In this document: piece by piece, positions 12,300 through 24,764 of the stretch
How positions within the stretch are numbered: position 1 is the first letter of the stretch
Layout: the number at the start of each line of letters is the position of its first letter
Assembly (NCBI GenBank): GCA_050084985.1
Contig: JBITNC010000001.1
Location: forward strand, 41,106,001 to 41,170,000
DNA length: 64,000 nucleotides
Reading direction: 5' to 3'
Source: Nageia nagi
Taxonomy: Eukaryota > Plantae > Pinophyta
Program-made: the position numbers and the translations under genes
The notes under the pieces: generated by a model
What the model was told of the DNA's origin: nothing
Database searches by the model: none
The model's input: the letters and a program-made list of their open reading frames with translations, nothing else

Positions 12300-13610
12300 C
12301 ACTGCCTCAACCATTGTATCCAAACCTGGTGCTCATACAAAAGGTCACTTCTATATTAAGATGTCATGCATAGGGTTATCTATATTTTGTGGGTCCTCAT
12401 AAGAGGACCCCTCTGCGGTTGCCTCCATCTCCTCATCATCCTCCTCCATACCCAATGGGATTGATCAAACTGAAACCCACCATGTTGTGTATCTAAGTTG
12501 AGTATTGGGCCCATAAAAATATGTTCTATCAAGTCCATGGTATGAGGCTCCTCCCATGTGGTCATCCATGATGGTATAATCTCTCCCCCTTGGGGGACAT
12601 CCCTCTCAGTCATCTACCTAATGTAGTATATGGGTGTAAGTGGAATATCCTATCATATCCCAAACTATCTCAAAAGTCCCTATGGTATAAGGGCTTTACA
12701 AGATTCTTCCTAGTATGGAGAAAGCATGGCTACCATACCAATGTAATTTGATGTGCATTCTTCTCCCACACGTAGTTAGCATAGGATACCCTAACTAGGT
12801 CCTTAAGGTGTAGCCCATCAATATCATGTCTCCTAGCCTCTAACATCCATGGGTACCTATACTTATGTAGTCTAGATATCCAATAAGTCAATGCCACATC
12901 TAAGGGATCCTCCCTTACTGTCTATAAACCAATGAATCAAATCATGTTTATCTTCTTGTATGCCCACACTTGTAGCAAACCAGAGTGAGAAATGATGATA
13001 TTAAATTTATCTACATAAATAAAATTATGTAGATCCCTATAGAGTTGTGCTAATACAATAGGCACCCATGCATACCTTGTCCCCCTAGTACAAATATCCT
13101 AGACTATCCATGCCATACCCAATAAAAATGAGGGGTTGCTCTTATATGGGCATAAGTAGTTCCATATGAGTGAGGCAATCAAAAGCCTTAAATACCTAGC
13201 AAGAGAGGCAAACTTTCATGCCTCTGCTAAATATGCTAACATGTTCTCCTAGTCATGGTCTCCCTCCTTGTTCAACAATTCCTCAAAGGTCTAATGGTCT
13301 TCATTACTGCCAACCTCAGTGTGATGTACCAATCACCCTTGAATTGGGATCCCCCATATTCTGTACACGTCAGGAGGGTGACATTAATTTCACTTAGGGT
13401 AGGTGAAATGTATTTATGTCTAAATCCCACCTCTTTGCCAACACTATCAAAAGAGGTAGGTCATATTGAATGTGGTCAGCCAAAGCTAGGTTATTCAACC
13501 CATATCTCATGATGATATTATCCTCATGGTTTGTCTTGAGCCACCTCTTGGCCATCTCCAATGCTGTCATCGACATGGGTCCACCCATAATCAAGATTTT
13601 CTAATCTTGC
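12300..13610 (-). pseudogene. Plant mobile domain (PMD, aminotransferase-like) remnant in an old, probably gypsy-type element (host repeat approx 1-692 and 9917-14100)
   Basis: ORF 13394-13594 reads LLIVLAKRWDLDINTFHLP, followed after frameshifts by EINVTL..DVYRIWGIPIQG. This matches the PMD signature L.ERW...T.TFHLP.GE.T.TL.DV..I.G.PI.G. Boundaries are approximate. Confidence 0.75.
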
Positions 13611-15699
13611 AAAATAAAACCCAAATTAATAAGATAATTGAACTTGCAAGTAATTTCATAATTAAAAAAATAGAGATAGCCACAATAAAGTGAATTGTAA
13701 AATAAGCCTTTATGGGGACAAGAAAATAAAATAAATAAATGAATGGCAAAGCCCTATCAATTTTTAAAAAAGGTGAAATGAAAGTAAACTAAATAGAAAT
13801 TAAGACACCCACCACATGCTCAAATGATAAATCACAAAGATACTCCATAACATGCCCTTTCCATATAGTCATGGGCCTCTCAACATTGCACCAACCCTGA
13901 TCTATCTCAGCAAGGAAACTAGAACACCTATGGGATAATGAAGTCAGACATAATCAATGGTAAGGAGGTCAAAGCAGAGGACATAGTGTGCGCAAATCTT
14001 CAACAACAAGAAAGTGACAAGATAAAATGAGGAAAATCAATGCCTCTTCCCTTTTTTGTTCTAATTTTGGCCCTAAACCCTAATTGGCAAAACTTCTTAT
14101 CAAATTTCAGTTTTATGCATGGAAAATGATGGTTTATGTTGGCAAAACATAGAGAAATATTTTAATTGTGAAATGTCTCTTTTTAAAAAAACAATTCTAC
14201 TGCATTCAAGTCATCAACAACATGAAAAAGGTAAAATATGATGTAATCTATTGTATGCTAATAAAAAATGGTACAAATGATAAGTTTGAATGTTAACTTT
14301 ATGTATTAACGATCGAATTAGTGATATTTCCTTTTTACAATTTATCAATGTTAAATGGACACCATTGGCAGTGTGCAAAAGTAAGAAATGATTCAAAGGT
14401 TATATTTCAATTTGGATTTCGCTAGATTCACCACATGGTGGTATAAATTAAGATATTCTTTACGGATATATAGAGATTTTAATTCATAAAATCTAAATTT
14501 TGGATATTTGAATCTATGCATGATTTTAAAAGGTTAAATATTTGAATATTTAATTTTCAATGCCAATTGAATGCACTATCCTATAAGAAGATTAGATCCA
14601 TCATATTCATGTAATCAACAACGTGAAAGAGGTAAAATTATGGGCTCCTTCACATATGAGTTATGTTATCATAGTGCTAATAGATCAAACTCATTGCTAT
14701 CATGGTCATATGGTTGGTAATTGGACAAAATGTATATTAGGTCTAAATTATTCAAATTTTTGCTAACATATTAAATATTATGCAATATGGAAGTGTTATT
14801 TCATGATTTTATGAGGCAATATATCATCTACTATTTTCAATTGAATATCATTAAAATTTGTAGCTCTGATATGAATATTTCCATGCTTTTAACAACATGT
14901 GTTTATTATTAATTCAATGTAATTGGGGCGTGTTACAAAATCCTTGAATATCTATTTGAAAATACCATTATTTCATAAATATGCATTGTTATGGAAATGA
15001 TAAACAAAATTGCAAAAGACATGATTACTAAATTCTACAAAATTCACACTGTCAATGGCATAGGTTTGCTTGAAAATCAATGAAAATAAGTAATTCAATG
15101 TGATCAAACATGCAATGTTGATATGTAAAACCAATAAATATTTGAATACTTGGTATTTTTATGGGAATCAAATGATATTATTCAATATTATGCTAAAAAA
15201 TATTTTCAAGGCCATGGTCACTTCATGAGCAAAATCTCTTATTATTTCTAGGTTATTCCAAGCTTGAGTTATTAAATAAGTTCTCATCTACTTCATAATC
15301 ATGGTTGTTCCAATATTGGGGCATTAAAAAGAACCTCATCAGCTTGATCTTCATGAACTATGAGTTGCACTGACCATAGTGACAATGGATATCATATTTA
15401 TTTCATCCTTATTCTTTGATTATTCTTTAATGGGATGTGATCTATGTGGGTATTATGTTGGTTTGTTCTTAAGGTATGGTTTGGGAGAGTATTGTTCTAT
15501 GTAAAGATGCTTTCTTTATACATGACTTTGATTTTTAGTTTGATTACCCAAAGCAGCATGAGCAAGGGAAATACAAGACCAAAAGGGGTAGACAACATAT
15601 GATACTCAACATAATGATCAAAAAAGAGAAGTCTACTTTACTATTTACAATTTTCTTCTCATCTCTAGACTTCTTTGGATTATGTAATTTCAATGCTTT

Positions 15700-16565
15700 T
15701 CATTCCATATCCAAAGAGGGGAAAAATGTAGATGCTTAAAAATGATTTATTATTTATTTAATAAATCATATTTAGACTTCTTAAATGACTTAATGTAATA
15801 TTACATATGTTAAGATAAATTTGATATCACAATGCAATACCATGTGTTATATTAAATGTTATATCATTTATCATAGTTTATATTTTAAAGTATCTTGAAT
15901 ATAACAAAGTTTATATTATTGCTAGAGGTTAGTATTATCTCCTTTTTATGTCCTTGCAAGCTATATATATGAGTGGAATAGGTTGACCTCCATAGATTGA
16001 AACTTTTTGATATGATAAGAACTTTAATAGGTGGTTCTTAACCACAATCTTCATCAAGCTATGGTGTCTTTAGATGCTACCTTTCATGAGAATTTGTTAT
16101 ACTATGAGCTTTGAACTTTCTATCTTTGGTGCATAATATAATTTGGCATATCCAACATAATCAATGGTGTGCTTCTTCTACATGGGTAGCAGCATGCATC
16201 TTCTAGATCGAGGGTTCCAAATTTTGATAGTCAAGTAATTGATTCATGCAAAATGAAATCTATTGTGAGCTCATCATGAGTCTGATCCCCAATCCTATGA
16301 ATATTCATTTCTACTAATTGTTTAGGATTGCACACACTCTTCATATCAAGTTCATGTGTTTCATGTATAGTTATTGTAATCTGATATAATGTATATCATC
16401 TATTTTTTCTTACATTATAGATCAATTTATTTATTGTGTGTTTTCCTATTCAACTTGAGGTCTACATAAGGAAATAAGAGAGAAAATAAGAAATTAGGGT
16501 TTGAAAATTCTAACTTTTTCTTCATGAAATACCAAGTCTCATATTCTTTGATTGGCCACCACATA
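15700..16565 (+). mobile_element. Possible degraded LTR with upstream PPT
   Basis: Purine tract aaagaggggaaaaa is followed by tgtaga at about 15726, with a TATA-like tatatatat at 15962. No partner LTR or TSD was found. Confidence 0.3.
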
Positions 16566-17599
16566 AGAAGATGTTTTTCCTTATCATGGGCATATTCAAT
16601 CATATTGAAATCATCATAAATAATCTATGTGGTAGGGGAAGGTATAAAATTATCCATTTCCAAATTACGTAATTACTTGGAGCATCATTAGGGTCATAGA
16701 CATTAATAAATCCAAGAGGTTTAGCTATAATCCAAAATAATCCATACAATATATGGTTAAGTCCATTTTCTAATTAAAAAAATGGAAATGGAAAGAGTTT
16801 GTCATAAAAATAATTGTAGCTCCTTTACTAAGGGAATGCAAAATAGAATAAAAGTATCCCAAATGTTAGAGAAAGTGATATGTACTATTATGAATAAAAT
16901 TAGTTATCTTGACTTATTAAAGATAGAGAACATTGATAGCATAAAATCTTCATAAAATAATTACCAAATTATGATGTACCAATTACTGTCTAATTGGGTC
17001 CATCAAACCTTTAACATTTCACGAGATACTTCTTGAGAAACTATTGAGGACAATAATCCCTTTATTTTCTCAAAGTTGTTGAAATAAAACATAAGTGGTT
17101 CATATGATATGAAATCAACTTATTGCCTCTTCTTCAATGGATATCCCAAATGGTCTCTTGTAGGACTTTAAGAGTGGTGAATCACCTTAGAAGGTAAAAC
17201 TCATGGAGAATTAGTAGGTGAAGTAGGGAACTTGAAGATGAATTAGAGGCTAATGGTTTATGGTTAATAAGTTTCTCAACAAGAGCTTATGAAGGAATTG
17301 GGGAGGGTAGATGCGATAATAAACAAGGGATAATGAAGATGTAAAGAGGATACAAAGTAGTAAGGATAATAGAAAATAATGGTTTACATAAGGCTCTTTT
17401 GATGATGCTCAATAAGAAAGAGGGGATGACATGAAGGAACATGTTACTTTGGGTCTTGTGTTGAGTAATGCATGTCCCAAGAGCCTGAACTAGGGAGCTA
17501 AGGATCAACATTAAATACTAGACTACCCATAGGGTCCTCTATGTAATGCATTAGATTAGTGGTGCTTGAAGACACACGTATGGGGTCATTAACGGGCAA

Positions 17600-20500
17600 T
17601 GGGGGGATCACACATCATTTCATTATACAAGTGTAGATTAGAAGGAAAAGGTTACAAGTTGGAAGGACCACCATATGATTTTCAACATTTTTGTAATACT
17701 TTGGTGCAAGGCATTTTGGGGATTTTAAAATTTATTTGAAACCCTTATTTTTAAATCTTAAGATATTTGTAATCTACCATAAATTTTGAGTCTTTTGAAG
17801 AATGAAATAGGATAATCCTCTTTAGGGGGGTTTATGTAAGGGGTATCCTTAGGAATGATCCAAAATCCCATAAACACCAAAATATAATCTTTTAAGGAAG
17901 CAATCAAAGGCTATAATAGAAAAGAAGTTGACACAAAGGTGCAAGCTCAAAAGATTCTGCAAGTTAAGAATAAGAGAAAGTAATCATAAGTTGAGTAAGC
18001 AAAAATTAATGATAAATAATCCCAATGTTGGACATACCAAAGGAAATCATAAAAGATGAGATTGTGTACAAATCTATACATGCATTGATATGCAAATTTG
18101 TGGGGCTTTAACCTTCTACAAGGTTTCTATACTCTTCGGCTAGAAATCACTTGGCACCTCAAGGGGAATTAGATATAATGACATTATCAAATGGATACTT
18201 CTAAGCATAATTCATTTTGGTGTTTGATAAGGATAAATATTTTAAGGGAGGTTCATATAACATAGGCCTTACAGGTCTATTTATGTAATCTTGGAAACTT
18301 TTTTTGATCTCATAAGTGATCCCTTTATAATACTAGTTTGGCTAAACATTTTTGCTATACCATCGAAACTCTATAGGAATGAGATTCTAGAAATGATAAG
18401 GAACCTGCTCAAAAAATACATAGGTAGATCAAGAGAATCAATAGAAAGAGGATCAAGAGCATATGCCAAAATATACATGGAGATGGACTTGGGAAAACCT
18501 ATACCAACTGATATTGACCTCAAAGCAAGAGGGAATGTATGAAGATCATAATAGAAAGATTATGAATCAATTATATTCAGATACAAAGCATGTCATGAGT
18601 ATGGACATCTTATCATAAATTGTACCACACTAGCTAAAGGATAGACACAACAAATAGTTCCAAACCTAAGCACCCAACAACCACTAAATATGATGAATAA
18701 GGATTTTAAAATATCATGAGAAAAGGAATAGGAAGTCATAACTAGGCAAGGGGAGAAATCAACAAAAGGGAGGAAACACTAACCAATGTCAAGAATGGAG
18801 AGCTCCATCTAACAAATATGAGATCCTTGGGTGGGATGATCTAATGGAAGGAGAGAAAAAAATAAATTCAACTCAAGAAGGAAATATAAAGACACAAAAA
18901 GAAAGTGAGACCCAATAACCATAAACACCAATTACAAAACTATAGGAGCAAAGGCAAGAAAATATTGTACCCCATAATCAAGGATGGAGGGAGTTCTAAT
19001 ATTATATAACTAAGAAAAATAAATTATAAATGATGTAATTATGGGATTAGTAGAGAATAATTGACATAATCCAACCTTGGGAATCAGTCAAGTGGAGAAA
19101 AGACAAAAGTATGGAAGCCCGCAAGGAGCAGCTAGGAAGACAAACAAAGAGAAGACACAAAAATAAGGAGAACAGATGATAGAAGCAAGGGTGGGCAAGT
19201 CCATATACCATTTTTACATCATTGATTCTCAATGATAATACATACATGGAATGTAAGGGGATTAAATAACCACCCTAGAGAATTGGTTGTTAAAAGAATG
19301 ATCATGGAGAATATTTCAAATATGGTTTTACTATAGTAAACTAAGGCCTCTTTATAGGAAATGCAAAATATAGCCTAGAGATGTTGGAGGCAAGGAGATT
19401 TTATGGCTCAAGCTTCTCAAGGAATTTCAGGATGTGTAATGTCATTATAGAAAAAGAAGAGGTTTAAGCTATTGGACTCAACATCGAAAAGAGTTATTAT
19501 GATGACCAAATTTGAAGAAAGGGAATTATGTTTAGCTTGGATGATAATAAATTTCTATGGTATGGTGGAGGTGAGGGCTCAAAATATATAATGATAATCA
19601 ATCCAACAACTTAGGAAATCATATATATCCATAAGAGTTATGGATAGTGGGAGGGGATTTAAATGCTAAAATATTAGTTAAATCAAAAGGATAAGTTGCT
19701 ATTATCTTAGGTATAATTTCTAAACCTATTTGATATACCCTCACCAAGTTGAAGTAATACTTGGACAAATAAAAGGCATGGTTAGGACACTATGAAATCT
19801 AGGTTAAATAGATTTTTGATAGGGGTAAGAGTTTCCACTACATGGTAATGTTAATCTCAATTCTAAACTAGTTGGTTTTCTATTATTTGCTAGTACAAAC
19901 TTCACATAAGGAAAAGATAAGAAGCTAAAAATCAGCCCTTCAAATTTGATAATTTCTAACCTATGAACTAAGACTTGCCAAAAATTATAGAACCATGTTG
20001 GAAATAAGGTAAACCACTACATGGAAAACACAATTCTAGTTTCAATCCAAACTTAAATGCATCAAGAGAAAATTGAAAATATGGAGCAAATCCTACAGGT
20101 CAAATTTCCAACACCAAAGAATAACTGTCTCCATACGGATGTAAGAGATAATAAAAAGAATTCATTCTAAGCCTCTTTCAAAATATCTTCTCCAATAAGA
20201 AAATTATTTGCTACAAGAGGAGGAGGAATTGGATAAGAAAGAAGAAGCTTATAAGAAATAAAGAGTGAGAATTACCTGGCTGCTGGAAGGAGATAAGAAC
20301 ACAAAATTCTTTTATCAATCAACTACAACTCAAAACCATCATAATAGGATTGATGCTCTAGCCACAAAGGAAGAAAACAAGCACACCTCTACCTTAGGTA
20401 TGTAAGAAATAGGTAACAAATATTTCGCCTCACAATTTTTGGCAAATGCAAACTTGTCTAGCCAACATTAGGAGGAAATTATGGAATGCATCCCAAAGCT

Positions 20501-22840
20501 ACTTTCCCATAAAAAAATGAAGATCTATTCCAAGGAATAAGGGAGGAGGAAGTCAAAAAAAAAAATCCATGTAGACAAGGAAGGCACCTAGTCCAAATGA
20601 TTTTCCAATAGAGTTCTTTATAACCTTATGGGACATACTAGCAAAAGATCTAACCTAAGCAATGGAGGAAGATAGAGCTAGTGGTAGAATCTTGAAGGCT
20701 ATCAATCACACTTTTCTTACTTTGATTCTAAAGGAAGGGGATATGGAACATATTTACAATTATAGACCAATTGCATTATGTAATGTTATTTATTAAATAA
20801 TCATAAAGCTACTAAAAAATATACTCGAAAGGTCTTACCATAGTTAATTTCATATGAGAAAGGGGGTTTTGTATAAGGAAGGAAAATTCTAGATGGGATT
20901 GTAGTGGCATAAGAGACTACGTATGAGCTAGGGTAGAAAGAGAATAATGGAATGTTCCTAAAGCTTGATTTATCCAAATCATATTACAAAGTAAGTTGGG
21001 ACTTTCTAGCCCAAAATCTGAAGAAATTAGGATTCAAAGAGGATTGGGTAAATTTGATTATGGAATGCATTTCTGCAATCTCTTTCATCATGTTAAAATT
21101 AATGGTTTGGCATATCAAATGTTTAAAGCCTCGAGAGGGATCAATCAAGGAGATCCTTTATTTTCATATTTGTTCATTTTTGCATAGGGTTTGGGTAGGC
21201 TCATATAGAAAAGAAGTGAAGAGAACATCATTATTGGGGTGCATATAGATCAAAACATAAATCTAACACATATTCAGTTTGTTTATGATACAAAAATGCA
21301 AGGGGAAGCCATAAAAAAATAAAATAATCAGTATCAGAAGAGTGTTAAATGTGTATATAGCAGCAACAGGAAAACTTCTAAATGAAAAAGAATCTAAAGT
21401 GGTGTTCTTAGATTTTCAGAGGAATCCCTTCCCTTAGACTACTTAGGTATCCCCTTACAAAGAAAGTCCTCGAAAGAAAGGATTAGATTGCAATTAAAGA
21501 TAGAATCCATTAAAAAAGCCTTCTTTGGACTCATAGATGGCTAATCTAGTATACAAATTCTCCATCGCAACAATACCAATCAACATCCTCAATGACTTGG
21601 AAAAGATGATGAGATATTTTCTTTGGTCTAGAGTACAAGAAACATAAAATAGTGCTTTAGTCAGCTGTAAAAAGATATGCCAACCAAAAAAAGTAGGAGG
21701 GCTTGGGATTCGAGTGACAACAATAAATAACCAAGACCTCATAGGTAAATTATACTAAAGATGGATTACTAATCAAAAACAACTTTGGTATCAAGTTTTG
21801 AAAGTTAGATATTATCCTTCTCATAACATTGAAGAGCTTTCTTGCCTTCTTGTTACAAGGGTAGGATCAAAGATATGGAAAGCAATCAAGATAGGAGTAT
21901 AACTAAAAAAAAGGCTTATACTATAAAATAGGAGATGGAAGGAAGGATTGACTTTGGGATGATTCTTAGAAACTTTTCCCACCCATAGTTGGCCAATACC
22001 CCCACCTAATCCCTCTAAGTGATCATTTCAAAGAAAAGGATGGTTCCTCATTTACCATTATCTCAAACCATAATATCAACTACATAAGCATTTTAGTCAA
22101 TTAAGCATTCCAGAAGAAGGGCTGGAGAATAAATGTAAGGAGGAGAAAAGAACATTGAAATAAGTTCTATATGGAAGGAAATAGCCAAGATGGAATGGAC
22201 TTGATCAACTTGCTTAGGGATAGGGACAACCAAGTACTTATACAGTAAAGGAAGGATACACAAAAATTTTGAAAACAACATAAAGCTTAGTAAACTTTCC
22301 CTGGATGAAGATCTAGCAACCTAAATTAAGGATGGTCAAAAATAAATTGCATCCTTTGGAAAGTAGCTCACAATAGTATAATGACTCAAGACAATATGAG
22401 GAGGTGAGGCATGGTTGGTTTCAACATGTGTGCAATGTGATATAAGGAGGAGGAAACAACAACTCATCTTGTTTTTGAATGCTCCTATGCTTGTACAATC
22501 TAAATTTGGTGGCAAAGAATTTTTAGACAAATAGAGGGATCCTTTCCTCTTGAAAATTCCTTCCAGGACTACTAGAAAATCAACAAGTTCAAATCTAAGT
22601 TCATGAAGATAGCTTGAAGTTTGGAAATGAGTTTTACTTGTTGGTAGATTTGGTTATAAAGAAATAATAGAATCTTCACATAAGAATTTAGACCAAAGGA
22701 AAGAACTTGGAAACTCGTAGTAAGGAAGTTAATACATACTTTACTTGCCAAATTTCATGAGGAATTTCAGATGGACGAGGAGGAAATTAATATTTGGGCC
22801 CAACTCCAAAAATAAAAATAAAACAAAGAATAAAAAAAGG
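17600..22840 (+). mobile_element. Near full-length, highly degenerate L1-clade LINE (ORF1 + ORF2)
   Basis: ORF1 remnants YAKIYMEMDLGKPIP and DYESIIFRYKACHEYGHLIINC (about 18460-18623). APE start MIIHTWNVRG at 19232 and WLLEGDKNTKFF near 20280. RT motifs YRPIALCNVIY, FLKLDLSKSY, RGINQGDPLFSYLF and GGLGI. zf-RVT remnant near 22430 and an A-rich tract at 22808-22838. Confidence 0.88.
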
Positions 22841-23149
22841 AGGGCAACAACAGGTTTCTAGAAACCTATGAAGAAGGCGAAAGCCTTAATAGGCAAAGTT
22901 TTTCTATTTGGGAAGATCAACTAGAAAAATACAAAGTTGTTAAAATTTGCATAGATAAAAAGGTTAAGTTGATTTGCATTTTGAGCTTCTCCCAAAAAGG
23001 CCAATCTACAAAAATATTTGCATGACTTTCTTTTGTTGAATAAATTTTTTACCTTTTATAAAAAAAGAGCTCTTGTGATGACTATTAACCATGTATTTTT
23101 ACTATTATTTTTGCTTGTAAATAAGTTCTATTCATCTAAACCATTAAGT

Positions 23150-24000
23150 TTTGCTATTTCTAATACATAGGCATCTTTGGTAGTTAAAGGAGACTTAACT
23201 TCCATGGTATTGCTAATACAAGGGTAACTTTGGTAGTTGAAGGAGACTTAGCTTCTAAGCATCCTTCCATGAGAGGACAATCCTTAATTTTATGAGATGT
23301 CAATTGGTACTTGTAACAAGTATTTGGGAGGTTAATGTAAACCAACATTTTTGTGATGCAAGTATCATCGACTTGGATATCTACAAATTCCCTCAAGTCC
23401 TTAAAGAGGTCGACCTCAACACATGTATACTTCTAAGGATGGATAATATAAAAAGTTTATTGTTCCATGCATACAAACTTGCTAATAGAAATTATATTTT
23501 ATTGTAAAAAAGACCATAGTGAAAGGAGAAGCATAAAGAATTCTACCCAAATTGGAACTAGTAAAGACACATCAACAAAGACAATAAAATTATGGTGCTA
23601 GGGTTGGAGAATTAAAAGGGTATTATGAATGTATCATGGATCTCTACTCAACATAATCATGAAATGTTAAGGGTCGATGAATTGAAAGTGGAAGAACCCC
23701 TTAGTGTGGTTTTGAATACACTCCACTTTAATGCCATGGGGCTACCATGCATGTTGTATCCATTTACAAATAAGGAAATCATTAAGGAGATGCCTAAGGA
23801 AATACTTTATGAGTGTGTGCTCCTTAAGCCACCTATATACATTATCAAAGTCTTTAATGGGAAGATTTTATTTTTTTTGTTGAATCACGAGGCAAAGTAT
23901 TTGAACCCCCTCACAACTATCAGGAGGGTAAACTTTTAAGTTGTTTACTATACACTTAGTGGCTATGAACATTAAGCTCAATAGTAACCAAACTACAACA
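23150..24000 (-). mobile_element. L1 LINE ORF1 fragment
   Basis: ORF 23184-23396 LVYINLPNTCYKYQLTSHKIKDCP resembles the degenerate CX2CX4HX4C knuckle of plant LINE ORF1. Confidence 0.6.
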
Positions 24001-24120
24001 CATTGAAATAATTATTATGATTCAAGCCTTGAACCTTCCAAATAAGAACCATAGCTTAAACCCTTATTGTTTTTCCAATATCTCTTAAGAAGGTTATGAT
24101 TGTCATCATTATAAAAATTA

Positions 24121-24429
24121 GGGGAGAGGATCCAATAGTTGTGCACCCTAATTTCATGACTCTTAAAACCTAACATAATAAAATTGAATCGCTATAAATG
24201 TTTTACTTTTTCCTTGCCTAGTTATTTGCTTATAACTAAAGTTTTGAGTCACCATCACCAAATTTGATAGGTTAATTATACATTGTTGTAGAAACTATCC
24301 AAAACAACACTTTTCTAAAATCATATCCATAGGTGTGAATTACAACTCCCATCGTTGTAATTCACATCCATGGTGTAACTTTAGAAAAATATATCATAAT
24401 AACCCACGCTAAGTGCTGGGTCCTCCCCC
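24121..24429. mobile_element. MITE (PIF/Harbinger-Tourist-like) immediately upstream of VTI1
   Basis: Imperfect TIRs ggggagaggatccaatagtt / aagtgctgggtcctccccc, flanked by tta and taa. Internal hairpin at 24311-24388. Confidence 0.65.
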
Positions 24430-24670
24430 TAATTTATCTCAAGGAATACTACCAAGACGGGACCCACACCCTAATGACGTCCCTGCAACCGAGAAACCAA
24501 ATGAATATGCCTAATGTAATTTCCAAAAAACAGGAGCGAAATGCAGACCCAAAGCAAATCTTAAAGGGGAAGAACGTATCTAGAATTCACGCAGGCGCCC
24601 CGGGTTCGATCCCCACTCCCTCCAATTCTGATCGCCTTAAGTCCTTTTCTGGACAAATTCATTCACCAAA
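24430..24670 (+). promoter_or_regulatory. Proximal promoter / 5' UTR of VTI1
   Basis: CpG-retaining segment before the ATG. GGACCCAC (class I TCP-type site) at 24460-24467 and TGACGT (bZIP/TGA core) at 24475-24480. TSS not determinable. Confidence 0.5.
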
Positions 24671-24764
24671 ATGAGTGAAGTTTTCGACGGATACGAGAGA
24701 CAATATTGCGAACTCTCTGCAAATCTTTCCAAGAAATGCACTTCCGCCAGTCTGCTCAACGGAG
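24671..24764 (+). CDS. VTI1: Vesicle transport v-SNARE (VTI11/VTI13-like Qb-SNARE), exon 1
   Basis: MSEVFDGYERQYCELSANLSKKCTSASLLNG is the plant VTI1 N-terminus. Donor G|gtaagc, phase 1. Confidence 0.95.

Noticed and set aside
24545-24625. Intact tRNA gene
   Set aside because: Only the 3' half and B-box match. The anticodon stem does not pair, and no A-box or acceptor stem is present.
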